The position numbers and the translations under genes are program-made. Below are positions 1 through 12,616 of a stretch of 64,000 nucleotides of DNA, piece by piece. This stretch comes from Mobula birostris (lineage: Eukaryota), in contig NC_092394.1 in NCBI RefSeq assembly GCF_030028105.1, forward strand, positions 22,359,939-22,423,938, in the 5' to 3' direction. The notes beneath the pieces were generated by a model. The model saw only the letters and a list, made by a program, of their open reading frames with translations, had not been told where the DNA came from and did no database searches. Positions within the stretch are counted from its first letter, which is position 1. Every line of letters begins with the position of its first letter.

Positions 1-1354
1 TAGTCCCATTTCCCAACATTTGGCCAATATCACTATAAACCTTCCCATTATGGCTGTATTCATGTATGGTTCAGTTATCATTGAACCATACATGAATATA
101 GCCGAACAAAACAGTGTTCCACCAGGGCCAAGGTGCAAAAGGCATTACCAGAAGTACACAGTACACTGTACATTCCACATATGGTTAGAATTTCAGAACA
201 GAATCAATTACAAAGAGAAATTAATAAAATAGCCGAAGTCCCTGCATGGCATGATTAGATTGATGGTAAGGTGGCCTGATCCAGCTTGTTCTTCCACCGA
301 GCGAACACCAGAGGGCAACACAAAATGTTGTAATTGTATCTACTTCTACCACTTCCTCTGGCAGCACATTCTATATATCCACTATCCTCTGTATAAAGAA
401 GTTGTTCTCAAGTCCCCATTAATTCTTTCTCCTCTGATCTCAAATATTTGCATTAGTTTAGTTATTTTCATTATTAGTTATTAGGAATAAATTATTGGGT
501 ACAATCACATTTATTATCCTTGTTCAAGTTCAAGCTTAATTGTCATTCAGCCATGCATGAATACAGCCAAATGAAACAGTATTACTCCAAGGCCATGGCG
601 CAAAATGCGGTACCAACAATCATTCACAGCACAAGGCACAAAATGCAGATATAAAATAACAGTAAAATACAGTCACACGAACAATATATAGTCCTAGTTC
701 CTGAGTCCATGAATACTGCAATGCTCTGCAGCGGAACACAGCTTGTCCTCCGCTGAGCAAGTGCTGGAGGGCAGCACCTCAGCATGCCACACTGCGTCTG
801 GCACCTACTCCGCCTCTGTCCTGGATGGCTGCAAACAAATGACACTGTGGCTTGAGGCCTCGTTCTCGTGACGACTGAGGCCACGCAGCTCCCCTGCTGT
901 CGTTCCCGCCAATAAACCAGTGAACTAGCTGGTGGTGAAATTGCAATTCCCATGATGTTTGAGACCTTCATGATTATAATAACACTCCCAGGGGGGAGAA
1001 AATACATAGAAATGATTGCCCAAATCAGCAAAGCTTGGAACTTGGAGGTGAGATATAGTAATGCTTGTGAAGCTGTTTTTAATTTTCCAGGTGATGGAAG
1101 TAAGAACAGAGGGAGGTATTGTCACCATGATCAACAGTGTATTACATCCTGTTGGTTATATATACTGTAGCCACAGTACACCATTGGTAAAGAAGTGTAT
1201 CTTGAGCCCATTGTTGGGAACAGTGATTCGTTAATCTTTGTGTGGAATAAGGGAAATATGTTTTATTCAGCTGACTTCTTGTCAATTTGCATTAGTTTTA
1301 ATCAATATGGCTTTATACATTCTGAATTGCTATTTTCTATGCAACTTTTTCCAG

Positions 1355-1492
1355 TTACAAGGATTGCAGAGTCAGCTAGATTTTACAGAACAATCCATGG
1401 TCGATAAATCCTTGGTGAGTAGACAAGAAGCCAAGATTCGTGAACTTGAAACCAAACTGGAATTTGAGAAGACTCAGGTCAAACGTCTTGAG
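1355..1492 (+). CDS. MYO18A: MYO18A coiled-coil tail exon ([10 protein letters not shown]...TQVKRLE), phase 0-0
   Basis: Acceptor tttttccag ends at 1354 and donor GAG|gtatgt starts at 1493. The 138 nt give 46 codons. The peptide [35 protein letters not shown] is recognisable myosin-18A tail. Confidence 0.95.
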
Positions 1493-1699
1493 GTATGTAG
1501 TTGCAGCAAATCTTACTCTAGATTCCTTTGCATGACACGCAATTGAAAATATAAACTTAACAGTGTATATATAAGACTGAAACAAAATGATCATGACAAA
1601 GAATGCGTTTGAAAGTTGAGCTGTGACATCATAGATTACCATACAAATCAAATTGAATGTTAAATTACAAATAGAAAATAATTGTTTCTTCATAATCAA

Positions 1700-2590
1700 A
1701 GATGAGTTTTATTGTCATAGAACAAATACATTTATGTACAGGTGTGATGGAAAAACAATGCAACAGGATCACAGGTATGTAACACCATATAAGCAACATC
1801 CACAAGAATTAAACCTAAATTATACATAATTTTGCAAGAAAGAACACAATTAGAACAAAAAAATGATTTTAGTGCATAGTGATCAAGGTAATTATAGTCT
1901 TGTTAAATTGTCTTGATTAAGGTTTTGCCACTTTAAGGCTTTTCTTTCAAATGATGGAAGAGAAGTAGCTGTTCTTGAACCTAGTGATGTGGGGCATCAG
2001 GTTTCTGTGCCTCCTGTCCAGTGATAGCTGCAGGAAGATATCAAGGCTTAGATGATGAGGATCTTTGTTTATAGACATTGCCTTCATGGGGCAGTGCCTC
2101 CTATAAATACTACTGATGGTGATGATGTTATATATTCAGCAGACTCCACAATTCTGTGCAACTTCTCATGTTCCTGCACAAATTGCTGTCCAGGAATATA
2201 ATACATCTGTAAAAGTTTGTTAGATGTTCAGTGACAAGCCAAGGGTCTTTAAACCACCTAAGAAAATAAGGACGCTGGCACACTTTCCTTAAGATTGCAC
2301 TTGTGTGCTGGCTATGAATAGTTCATCCATTACGCTAACACCCAGAAGTGCGGATGATTCTCTCCACCACCAATCTCCAAGTGTAGACTGGCGCATTCCT
2401 ACCCTTTCCTGAAATCAATAATCAGCTCTTTAATTTTGCTGATGTTGATAGAGGTTGTTGTCGTGGCACCACTCAACTATGTGTCCTATCTCACTCCAGT
2501 AAGCTGACTCATCATCACTTGTGATTCATCCAACAACAGGGTTGTCGTCAGCGAGTTTGTTTATGGCATAGGAGCTGTTCTTAGCTATTC
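1700..2590 (-). mobile_element. Degenerate Rex1/Babar-like non-LTR retrotransposon 3' part
   Basis: The minus strand reads an (F/L)ADD-type RT motif near 2545-2555 and downstream thumb remnants. A gacaataaa-type tail lies at ~1705-1715. Boundaries are approximate. Confidence 0.55.
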
Positions 2591-2857
2591 TGGTACAGCA
2601 ATATGGCTAGCATATTTTGACAGAAATTGCATGGTGATAACCAATAGACATAATGTTACAAATTTAGTCGATGTACATGAACAAGAAGACCTGTGTTATG
2701 TGCATAAAAACTTTGAAGGTGACATTACATAATTTAGAGGGCATGTGGAATCCTGGATTTCATGAATAGAAGCATACTGTGCAAAAACAGACGGGTTATG
2801 CTGAATCTTTGCAAAAGTCCAAAATAGAGTGCAGAAGAGATTTATTATAATAGTTGA

Positions 2858-2972
2858 CAATAGGAATTCTGCAGATGCTGGAAATTCAAGCAACACACAT
2901 CAAAGTTGCTGGTCAACGCAGCAGGCCAGGCAGCATCTCTAGGAAGAGGTACAGTCGACGTTTCAGGCCGAG
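2858..2972 (-). mobile_element. Penelope-like terminal-repeat fragment (truncated within the hammerhead motif)
   Basis: Reverse complement of the 3' end of the Penelope copy at 11840-11923. Flanked by the direct repeat atagttga (2850-2857 and 2973-2980). Confidence 0.75.
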
Positions 2973-3001
2973 ATAGTTGAGCGATTAAGGAACTACAAGG
3001 T

Positions 3002-5073
3002 AAAAAAATTAGCTTTAAATGTCTTTATACTTTTTCGTAATTATTATCCCTAAAAATATAAATGAGTCAGTAACCAATTTAAATGGTAAACATCCATAAA
3101 CAGGTACCTGCTTATTTAGGGGAAATAATTCACTCTGATTAAGATTCAATTTGTAGCCAGAAAAGTTACTAAATTGAGCCAACAAAGCTAGAATAGCAGG
3201 AATTGACTTCTCCGGATTAGAGATATATAATAACAAATCATCTACATATAGTGATAATTCAGATTAAACTTTTGTTTACTAAATGCTCACCAATATCTTT
3301 GTCTTTGATTGGACGGATTAATGCTATTAAGATGATTATTTTGCCTAAACTTCTATATGTATTTCAATTGGTTCCAATTTTTATCCCAAAATCTTTTTTC
3401 GATAACGTTGATTCAAAAATTTCCTCATATATATGGCAGAACAAAAATCCTAGGCTAGGTAAAAGGTATTTACAGAAATCTTAAAAAAGAGGGGGGACTC
3501 GCCCTCCCGAATTTTAGATTTTATTATTGGGCAATTAATATTCGATACTTAAAATTTTGGTTACGGGATTTAGATGTATCTTTAAATCCACATTGGGTAA
3601 ATCTTGAATGTAATTCATTACAAGGGTCTTCTTTGGGTTCGGTTTTAGGAACTTCGCTTCCTTTTATTTCTTCTAAATTGTATAAACAAATGAATAATCC
3701 AGTAGTTAAGCATACTTTATGTATATAGTTTCAATTCCGAAGATTTTTTGGGTTCAATCAATTTATTTTAGCAAGTCCTATTATATCTAATTTCCTTTTT
3801 CAACCTTCCACTATGGATCAAGCTTACTTTGATTGGAAAACCAAAGGTATAGTACGTTTTCGTGATTTATTTTTGGATAATTGTTTCATGTCTTTTGATC
3901 AGCTTTCTAATAAATATAATTTATCCAGATCTCACTTTTTTAGCTACCTACAGATTAGAAACTTTTTAATTACTGCTTCTCCTAATTTTCCACAGTCATA
4001 TCCAATGGATACTTTGGAAAAAATTTTAGATCTAAATCTCTCTCAGAAAAGTGTTGTAGCAATTATTTATAATATAATTATGAATTTATGTCCTAATGTT
4101 CCCAATAAAATTAAAACTGATTGGGAAAGAGAACTTAAGATTATTATACTGATCAAAAAATGGGAAAAAATTCTTCAATTGGTTAATTCATCCTCTGTAT
4201 GTGCTAAACATATGTTGATATGGTTTAAAGTAGTGCACAGGGCTCATATGTCCAAAGATAAACTATCATTATTATTCTTATATTAATCCTACATGTGATA
4301 GATGTCATTCCGAGATAGCTTCTTTAACTCACATGTTTTGGTCATGTCCTTTGTTGGAAAAATATTGGAAAGATATTTTTGATATTATTTCAATGGTTTT
4401 GAATACAGACTTACAACCTCACCCAATTACTGCTATTTTTGGATTACCAATGATAGACTCAAATCATTTAACCTCTTCAGTTCGTCGGATGATTGCATTT
4501 CTTACTTTAATGACTAGAAGATCCATTTTGCTGAATTGGAAAGAGATTAACCCTCCTACTGTATTTCACTGGTTTTCACAAACTATGTTGTGTTTGAATT
4601 TGGAAAAAATTAGAAGTGTGGTTTATGACCCTTCCATTAAATTTGAAAAAACTTGGAGGCCATTTATTCAGCATTTTCATATGATGTTATTTGACCATTT
4701 CCAAACTTATTTTACTTCTCTGTACTGCTGGTTGGGAGGAATGGAGTCGTTGACACTAAGGTTTTCTTCTCTTCCAGTTTTACGTTGTTAAAATTGCCCA
4801 AGTCTTTTTAGTTTAGTTGACTAATTCTGTTTAGATTAGTTTTTTTTGGGGAGGATTTGTTTTTTTTTTCTTTTTCATGATTTTTCTCCAGTTTTTTTTT
4901 TGTCCTGTATTATTCATTGTTATCCTACATGATTGGGAGTTTTGTCAATTTATACTATTTGGTTTTATAATTACTCATCTTAAGTATAACAGTGTATTTC
5001 CAACGATTTTGTATTATTGCTATGTTATGTTTATATTTTATGAAACTAATTAAAAAGATTGAAAAAGAAAGAA
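3002..5073 (+). mobile_element. 5'-truncated L1-clade (L1/Tx1-like) LINE with inverted 5' segment
   Basis: The minus segment ~3002-3252 encodes YVDDLLLYIS...FSGYKLNL. The plus segment 3253-4791 encodes LSLIGRINAIKMIILPK and the C-terminal Cys-rich HMFWSC motif. An A-rich tail runs to 5073. The 15-bp TSD is aaggaactacaaggt / aaggaattacaaggt. Confidence 0.9.
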
Positions 5074-5088
5074 AAGGAATTACAAGGT

Positions 5089-6760
5089 TAGAATGAATAA
5101 CCTTATTTTTCTTTCTATGGAATAAAAATGGTTGAGAGAATATTTAATAGTGTCCAGAAGATCCTATTGTGTTTCGATAGAGTAAATCTCATTTAGTAGA
5201 TGGATTATTAGGGGATACAAATTTAAAGTGAAGGGCAAATCAATTCTGGAAAATATGAAGGAAAAAGTTTTATGCTAGAGAGGTGAAAATCTGGAACTTG
5301 CTGTGTTTAAGGATGGTTAAATCACAGCCAATCATGACATTTAAAAGGGACAGTTAAGCACTTGAAGGGAAATCGTTTACTTGTCTACAGGGAAATAGTG
5401 GGGTAATGCGCTGAATAAATGGTTCCTGATGAGGAGGTAACACATTGGTACATATAGAACTGGCTGACAGGAAATGGAGAGTAGGCATGTGGGGTTTTCG
5501 TGGTTGGGAAAATGGAAGGAATGGTGTGACTCAAGATCATTGCTGGAGCTTTGACTTTTTTATATTTTGTATTATGGACCTGGATAAAGACACCAAAGGT
5601 GTGGTTGCTGATGACATAAACGTATGGAAGTTAGGAAGAGGACATAATGAGATATTGATTTGTTTCATTCATGGGCAAGATTGGCTGGACAGGATAAGCC
5701 TATAACCACTGGAATTTAGAAGAAGGCAAGGTGTTCAATCTTGAGCAGTCTTGCTAGAATGGATGTGATAAGGATACTCTGTCTTGTGGAGAACATAATA
5801 CTATTGGCCACAATTTTTAAAAAGCAAGTGCCATACCTTTAAGAAGGGAAAGTTTGTTTTTACTGAGAGTTGTGAGTGTTTGTATGGTGGAAACTGATTC
5901 TTGATGGGCAAAGGCGTGAAAGATTACTGAAAGTAGATGACAATATGGAGTTGAGGTTATAATCAAATCAACCATGATTTTACTGAATAAATGAACAGGC
6001 TCAAGGAGGCAAATGGTTTCAATGGGTTAAGTGATCTGTTTTTTACAAAAATATTTCCATGATTTATCTATTGGTGTGACATTGACTAATAGTTTTTGGG
6101 TGGAGAAAAACCATAGGCACATGCAGATAAAAATGTGGTCTAGTCTCAGTGAGTTGATATTTGCAAAGGGAGGAACAACATTGAAATCATTGATAAAATA
6201 GAACCATGAGATGCAACAACTGTGATTTATAGATTATGAGAGACATAGAACAGACAGCTAGTACAAAATTTCCCGGGTTTGAAATGTCTAGTACAAGATT
6301 AAGGGTGCATTAAAGATCAGAGGGGGATAGGTTCAAAGGAGATGCATGAGACAAGTTTTTTTACACAATGTGATAGGTGACTGGAATGCACTGCCTGGGG
6401 GTGGAGGTGGAGGAAATACAATAATGGCATTCAAGAAGTGCTTAGGTGGGCACATGAATGTAAATTGGTTTATTATTGTCACATGTACCAAGTGATAGTG
6501 AAAATCTGTCATGCATACTGTCCATACAGATATTTACAACAGTGCATTGAGGTAGTACAAGGTAAAACAATAACAGAATAAAGTGTTACAAGGTGCAAGG
6601 TTAGAAAGTTGATCAATGGAAGGATATGGGCATTGTGCATTTAGTTTAGTTGGGCATCAGTTACCTATCTAATTAGTTTGGCACAACATTGTTGGCCAAA
6701 TGGCCTCTTTCCTTGCAGTACTGTTGTATGTCTTATGTCCTATGTCCTATGTTCTATGTG
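5089..6760 (+). mobile_element. Cluster of old CR1 LINE 3' fragments
   Basis: Several degraded copies of the CR1 3' end (tttaaagtgaaggg..., ttacacaatgtgataggtgactggaatgcactgcc) and a (tcctatg/ttctatg)n tail at 6731-6758. Confidence 0.6.
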
Positions 6761-9188
6761 GATTAGGATTTTTGTAACAAGGTAGTGTGGATGTAGGAGG
6801 TGGTGTTGAAAAGGTTTTGTGTATTAGAGGGCAAACTCAGTTTAAATTTCAACAGTATTTCAAGGTTCTGCATTTCTGACCTGAGCTGGAAGTTGAGAAG
6901 CATGACATAAGCAAGAATGGAAAAAATTAAATGTTTATGTGAACTCATTAAACTAGATGAATTTGCTTATGTTAAATTGGTGCAAATTATAGCCCAGTTA
7001 ATCTTGATATCAGAGAGAACTTTATTTAGAGAATACAGCTGAACTTCATGAAGGAAACATGAATACTGATTCTCAGTAGTTTTATGATTCCGTGCTCCTG
7101 GATGATAAAAGCTGTAAACAGATCAATGAAGAAATGAGGTAAAATGTAGATCATGCCTGCAGGTTCAGCAGTCAAGTCAAGTCAAGTCAAATTTATTTAT
7201 AAAGCACATTTAAAAACAACCCATGTTGACTAAAGTGCTATACAAACCATAACAGGTAGCTAAAATCACAAATACAAGAAACACAGATATAAACAACAAG
7301 GCACACAGCTTATAGGCACAAAATAAACAACACATGAGCCTAGGGACAAGCCAAAAATCAGCCACATCAGGAAGATTCAAATGCCAATTATATGTTGGAG
7401 AAGGTTGCAAGTAATCTAATTTCTCTGCAGTGTGAGGTTAAAAAAAGAACCAGGAGGGAGCGATGTTATAGAAAAGGAGCAAGTAAGGGCAACTGATGAA
7501 AGGTTAAAGAGGAAATATTAAAATGGAACAGATAGTGAGACACCTATCTGGGATTTAGTTATTGTAATTTTCTTATTGCTGCACTTTATCTAAATGAGGT
7601 ACAGTATTTGTAACAGTATAGGGACACCTTCAGAATCAAAGTTTAGAAAAATTGGGCAGGCTGGGATAGTAGTAGTGAAAAGAGAGGCCAAATTGAAATG
7701 AGAGGTTGAATAATATTGGAAAATTATAGCACTTCGACAAGGACTGATTCAGGGGAGGAGAACCAAAATAGCACATGTAAAAAGTTTTGAAGGCACATTA
7801 CATGCATGTGGTGCCGCCTCTTGATTCTTTAAACTCCATCCATAATAGTAATATACATTATGGTTATGCTTATTGGCAAATGAAGCAGCAAATAATTGTT
7901 TCTAAACAACTCAAAGAGCAGCAAGGTGTTTTCACAGGAAATGTCTCACACTGTCTTGGCGCTGGCCAGATGGTTGTGACAACATATAACGATGGATGAT
8001 ACGTTTGGAACTCCTCGTAGACCTGGTGTACATAACAGTGCTGGGATAGTAAATGGTTAAAATAACAATACTATTTAGAAATTGCTTTTTTTCCAATTCT
8101 CTTTTTCAAAGATTAGCATTAATGATTTTGAACAAGTTTCCTAAAATGCTTCATTTATCTCTATCTGTCTCTGTTATTACTTTTATCAATAATAAAGCAA
8201 TGAATACAAGTAACTAAGCAACAGGACTCATCCTTTCCCTTGAAGCCCTTAATTAACTCATTAGTCAATGATAATCTCTTCTGTGATTTTTGTCACGTCA
8301 TGGCACGTGAGAGAATTTTTCAGAAGATTATCGCCAACTTGGGTACATGCTCTCAAAAAGGTTCCCCAACTCTGGATTATGGTTCTAATTTTTGTGGCAA
8401 ATGTAAGTTTATTTAGAAAAACTATATATATTTTTGAAAATGTTATTAAGAGTTTGTGGTTAGGCATGGATATATTTTTGTACTTTCCATTTGGGAAGAG
8501 GAAAGATGCATGTTAGCTGCAATTGAATTTAATAAGAATTGCCACATTTGATGTAAATGATTGTAAATACTCAGCAGGTCTCACAGCATTGCTGGTGAGA
8601 GAAACAGAACTTAACATTTTTGATTGATGATTTTCATTGACCTGAAATGATAATTTGGTTTCCCTCTCCAAAAATGTTGCCTGACCTCCAGATTACTTAT
8701 AATTTTTTGCTGTTTTTCAATTCATATAGTCAGCACCTGTGGTTTTTTTGAACAATTAATGATTATTGCACAGGGTACAGTTAATCAGATCAGAAACTTA
8801 ATTTGAAATATGTGTATAAACAACCTGAGAGTTCATGCTGAATTCAGTTAGTTGAGCAGTCATAAGCACCAGCTTTCTTAAACTGGAATGGAAAAAAAGT
8901 TTTACCAATCCAATAAATTTTCCTGATTTTTAGGAATTGTTAATGTCAGCAGCTGCATCCGTCAGGATTTCTTTTTTCTGTTTTATTATCAATACTATTT
9001 TAATTGCCAAGCTATTAAAGGAGAATAGATGCCCTTTCTTTCTTCTCTGCAACACTTTCAGTTACAGAGTTTGAATTAGAGATGCTGTAGTTATTCAGTA
9101 AGTAATATGTTATCTTTTACACAGTTTGAATTGGAGATACTGATAGTAATTCAATAAGTAATGTGTTATCTTTTTACTGTTTGTATAG

Positions 9189-9374
9189 AGCTTAGTTGGT
9201 CGTCTCAAGGAAAACCTGGAAAGACTGGGAGAAGAAAGAGATCAGAGATCAGCTGCTGAGAATCGTGAGAAAGAACAAAATAAACGACTGCAACGACAGC
9301 TTAGGGATCTTAAGGAAGAAATGGGTGAACTTACCAAGAAGGAAGCAGAAGCCAGCCGTAAAAAACATGAACTA
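9189..9374 (+). CDS. MYO18A: MYO18A exon ([62 protein letters not shown]), phase 0-0
   Basis: Acceptor tgtatag ends at 9188 and donor CTA|gtaagt starts at 9375. The 186 nt give 62 codons that continue the previous exon in frame. Not in the ORF track; translated by hand. Confidence 0.95.
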
Positions 9375-9546
9375 GTAAGTGAATAGTCAGAGTATTACAG
9401 TCTCTTCAGCCTATCTAGTCCACACTGAACTATCTACTCCCATCAACCCATACCTGGACCATAGCCTCCATATACTTCCTATCCATGTATTCATCCAGAT
9501 TTTCTTAATCTCTACAGCTCATTTTCATTTTTTAATATGAGTGCTA

Positions 9547-10189
9547 CAGACATCCCACCCTGCAAAAACTCATTTCAGGGAGGTAGCACCATCAATTTGC
9601 GGGAGACTTCCGGAAGAGGTGGGAAGTCTGCAATAGAGTAGCTCCTTAGCAGCTGGCCAGCTAGTTTAAGTAACGTTAGCTATGCTAATGAACGAATGAC
9701 ACCTGTTAAACTCACCTCAACATGTCTTTTACAGTCTTAACCCACCATAGTAGAAAAGTCACTGTTGCAAACAGTGCGGCGAGCAACACTGTCACTATTT
9801 TGTTCCCTATTAGGCAGGGGTACACTTTAGTGTAGTCTGGGGTGACGTACATTTTATATTTTTTTTGGAACACTGCCATGGCGCGCTCCCGCTGGCTCTC
9901 TCTCTCTCTCTCTCTCTCTTGTGGTCGCTCGCGCGCTCTCAAACGCTCTCGCTTGCTTTCACTCTTGCTCGCTCTCTCTCCCTCTCTCGCTCGCGCGCTC
10001 TCGCTTGCTTGCTCGCTCTCTCTTACGCGCGCTCACTCTCGTGGTCGCTCTCGCTCTCTCTCTTGCTTTTCTCTCGCTCGCTCTCAAAAAAGTTGATTTC
10101 CGTGATATTGTATATAATTTGTGGGCATCAGGGAGCCACTATTAATATGCGGGAGACTGCCGGAAGTTCCAGGAGAGGTGGGATGTCTG
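9547..10189. mobile_element. Non-autonomous TIR DNA transposon (hAT-like) with 6-bp TSD
   Basis: Perfect 13-bp TIRs cagacatcccacc / ggtgggatgtctg and TSD gtgcta (9541-9546, 10190-10195). An internal CT/CG low-complexity tract spans ~9880-10085. Confidence 0.8.
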
Positions 10190-10836
10190 GTGCTAGATTG
10201 CAATGGAAATAAGGCTGTATCTAAATTGATCTAAATCAAACCAACCTTCGCACTTGCCCGGCACCTGATGACTTTTGGAAAAATGTTGGGAAGGCTTCTC
10301 AATGAATTGGAATTAGTTTATTATTGCTAAATGCAGTGAGGTACAGTGAAAGCTTGTCTTGCATGCTGTTCATACAGATCAAATCATTAGAGTGTATTGA
10401 GATAGTAGCAGAATAAAGTGCAACGGATACAGAGAAAATGCAGTGCAGGTAGATATAAGGTGCAAGATCATAACAAGGCAGATTGTGAGTTCGAATTCAT
10501 CTTATTGTACTAGGAAACCATTCAGTAATCTTATAACAGTGAGCTAGAAGCCGTTTCAGGTGCCTGGTGGTACATGCTTTCAGACTTTTATACCTTCTGC
10601 CCGATGAGAGAGGAGAGAAATATGTGGGGTAGGTCAGGTTTTTGATTATGCTGGCTACTTTACTGGGCAGCAAAAAGTCTTTACGGAGACTGGAGGGGAG
10701 GCTAGTTTCCATGATGTTCTGAGCTGTGTCTCTGCAGTTTCTTACTTTGCAGCTTCAGAAAGTAAGAAACCAGCAAATTTATTTAAGTAAGAAATCAGCA
10801 AATTTATTTAAGGAAAACATTTACCTCTATTTTCAC

Positions 10837-11924
10837 ACGCAGACACGAGGAAATCAGCAGACGCTGGAAATTCGCTACATCCCCCTTGTCCTAACCTACC
10901 ATCCCACCAGCCTCCGGGTCCAACATATAATTCTCTGTGACTTCCGCCACCTCCAACGGGATCCCACCACCAAGCACATCTTTCCCTCCCCCCCCCCACC
11001 TTCTGCTTTCTGCAGGGATCACTCCCTTGTCCATTCGTCCTCCCCATCCCTTCCCACCAATCTTCCTCCTGGCACTTATCCTTGTAAGCGGGACAAGTGC
11101 TACACATGCCCTTACACTTCCTCCCGCACTACCATTCAGGGCCCCAGACAGTCCTTCCAGGTGAGGCGACACTTCACCTGTGAGTCGACTGGGGTGATAT
11201 ACTGCGTCCGGTGCTCCCTGTGTGGCCTTCTATATATTGGCGAGACCCTACGCAGGCTGGGAGACAGTTTTGCTGAACACCTATGCTCTGTCTGCCAGAG
11301 AAAGCAAGATCTCCCAGTGGTCACACATTTTAATTCCACGTCCTATTCCCATTCTGATATGTCTATCCACGGCCTCCTCTACTGTCAAGATGAAGCCACA
11401 CTCAGGTTGAAGGAACAACACCTTATATTCTGTCTGGGTAACCGCCAACCTGATGACGTGAATATTGACTTCTCTAACTTCTGTTAATGCCCCTCCTCCC
11501 CTTCACACCCCATCCCTTATTTATTTAATTTTTTTTAATATATATTTTATTTTCCCCCCCTTTTTTTTCTCTCTCTTTTTTCTCCCTCTGTCCCTCTCAC
11601 TATAACTCCTTGCCTGCTCTCCACCCTCCAGGCTCCCCTCCCCACTTCTCTTTCTCCCCAGGCTTCCCGTCCCATGATCCTCTCCCTTCTCCAACCTGGT
11701 ATCCCTTTTGCCAATCAACTTACCAGCTCTTAGATCCACTCCTCCCCTCCTGTCTTCTCTTATCATTTTGGATCTCCCCCTCCCCCTCCCACTTTCAAAT
11801 CTCTTACTATCTCTTCTTTCAGTTAATCCTGACGAAAGGTCCCAGCCCGAAACGTCGACTGTAGCTCTTCCTATAGATGCTGCCCGACCTGCTGCATTCA
11901 CCAGCATTTTTGTGTGTGTGTTGT
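10837..11924 (+). mobile_element. 5'-truncated Penelope-like element with GIY-YIG endonuclease
   Basis: ORF 10726-11487 has the RT-EN linker PLVLTYHP, Cys motifs and GVIYCVRC...LYIGET...EH (GIY-YIG). A short inverted terminal fragment sits at ~10840-10872. The TSD is ctctattttcac / ctgtattttcac (10825-10836, 11925-11936). Confidence 0.92.
11824..11862 (+). ncRNA. Degenerate minimal hammerhead ribozyme motif in the Penelope terminal repeat
   Basis: CTGACGA (11829-11835), a stem II remnant, GAAA (11849-11852) and C-GTC (cleavage triplet 11854-11856). Stems I and II carry mismatches. Confidence 0.7.
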
Positions 11925-12209
11925 CTGTATTTTCACTCAGCCTGATTTTTTTTTCTTCCTATGGAAGTCTTAAAACTTGTAAATAAATTATGTATATTAA
12001 GAAAGATGGTACTTCATCCAAATTATATTCATACTTTAACCTCAGCAACGTGGGACATTAATTCAGTATTGATGAACAAATACCCTGACTTGGTCATCTT
12101 CCATTTAAACAGAGGGGTAGATGTTAAAGACTTGAGAATTCAGAGCCATTTTTATTTCCTTTTTGAAGATATTTTAACAATTAATCACGTTGATGTTTTC
12201 ATTTTATAG

Positions 12210-12349
12210 GACATGGATATTGAAAGTCTTGAAGCTGCAAATCAGAGTCTACAGTCTGACCTTAAGCTTGCTTTTAAAAGAATTGGAGATCTACAAGCAG
12301 CAATTGAAGATGAAATGGAAAGTGATGAAAATGATGACCTTATTAATAG
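12210..12349 (+). CDS. MYO18A: MYO18A exon ([46 protein letters not shown]), phase 0-2
   Basis: Acceptor attttatag ends at 12209 and donor AG|gtatgc starts at 12350. The peptide matches the end of the myosin-18A coiled coil. Confidence 0.95.
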
Positions 12350-12536
12350 GTATGCTTTGTGTGATGGGCAGCATTTCAGTCCTTTATTGCAAACTATAGA
12401 AGTTCTTTCAAAAAGCCAAATATGTGTAAACAGACCAGACAATATCACCATCTCACTAAACGCTGTTAGTTATTTTCAGGGGTCAAAATTTAGCAAACTC
12501 TATCTTAAATGCATTTCTTTAAATGAAGGTCTAGAG

Positions 12537-12616
12537 CAGGGGTTCCCAACCTTTTTTATGCCTTGGACCACTAACATTAAGCAAGTGGTCTGTGGGCCCC
12601 AGGTTGGGAACCCCCG
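12537..12616. mobile_element. 80-bp hAT-Charlie-type MITE
   Basis: TIRs caggggttcccaacc / ggttgggaacccccg and an 8-bp TSD gtctagag / gtctagaa with the Charlie-type TCTAGA core. Confidence 0.88.

Noticed and set aside
9712-10212. Several overlapping Ser/Leu/Arg/Ala-rich ORFs
   Set aside because: Artefacts of the (CT/CG) low-complexity tract inside the TIR element.
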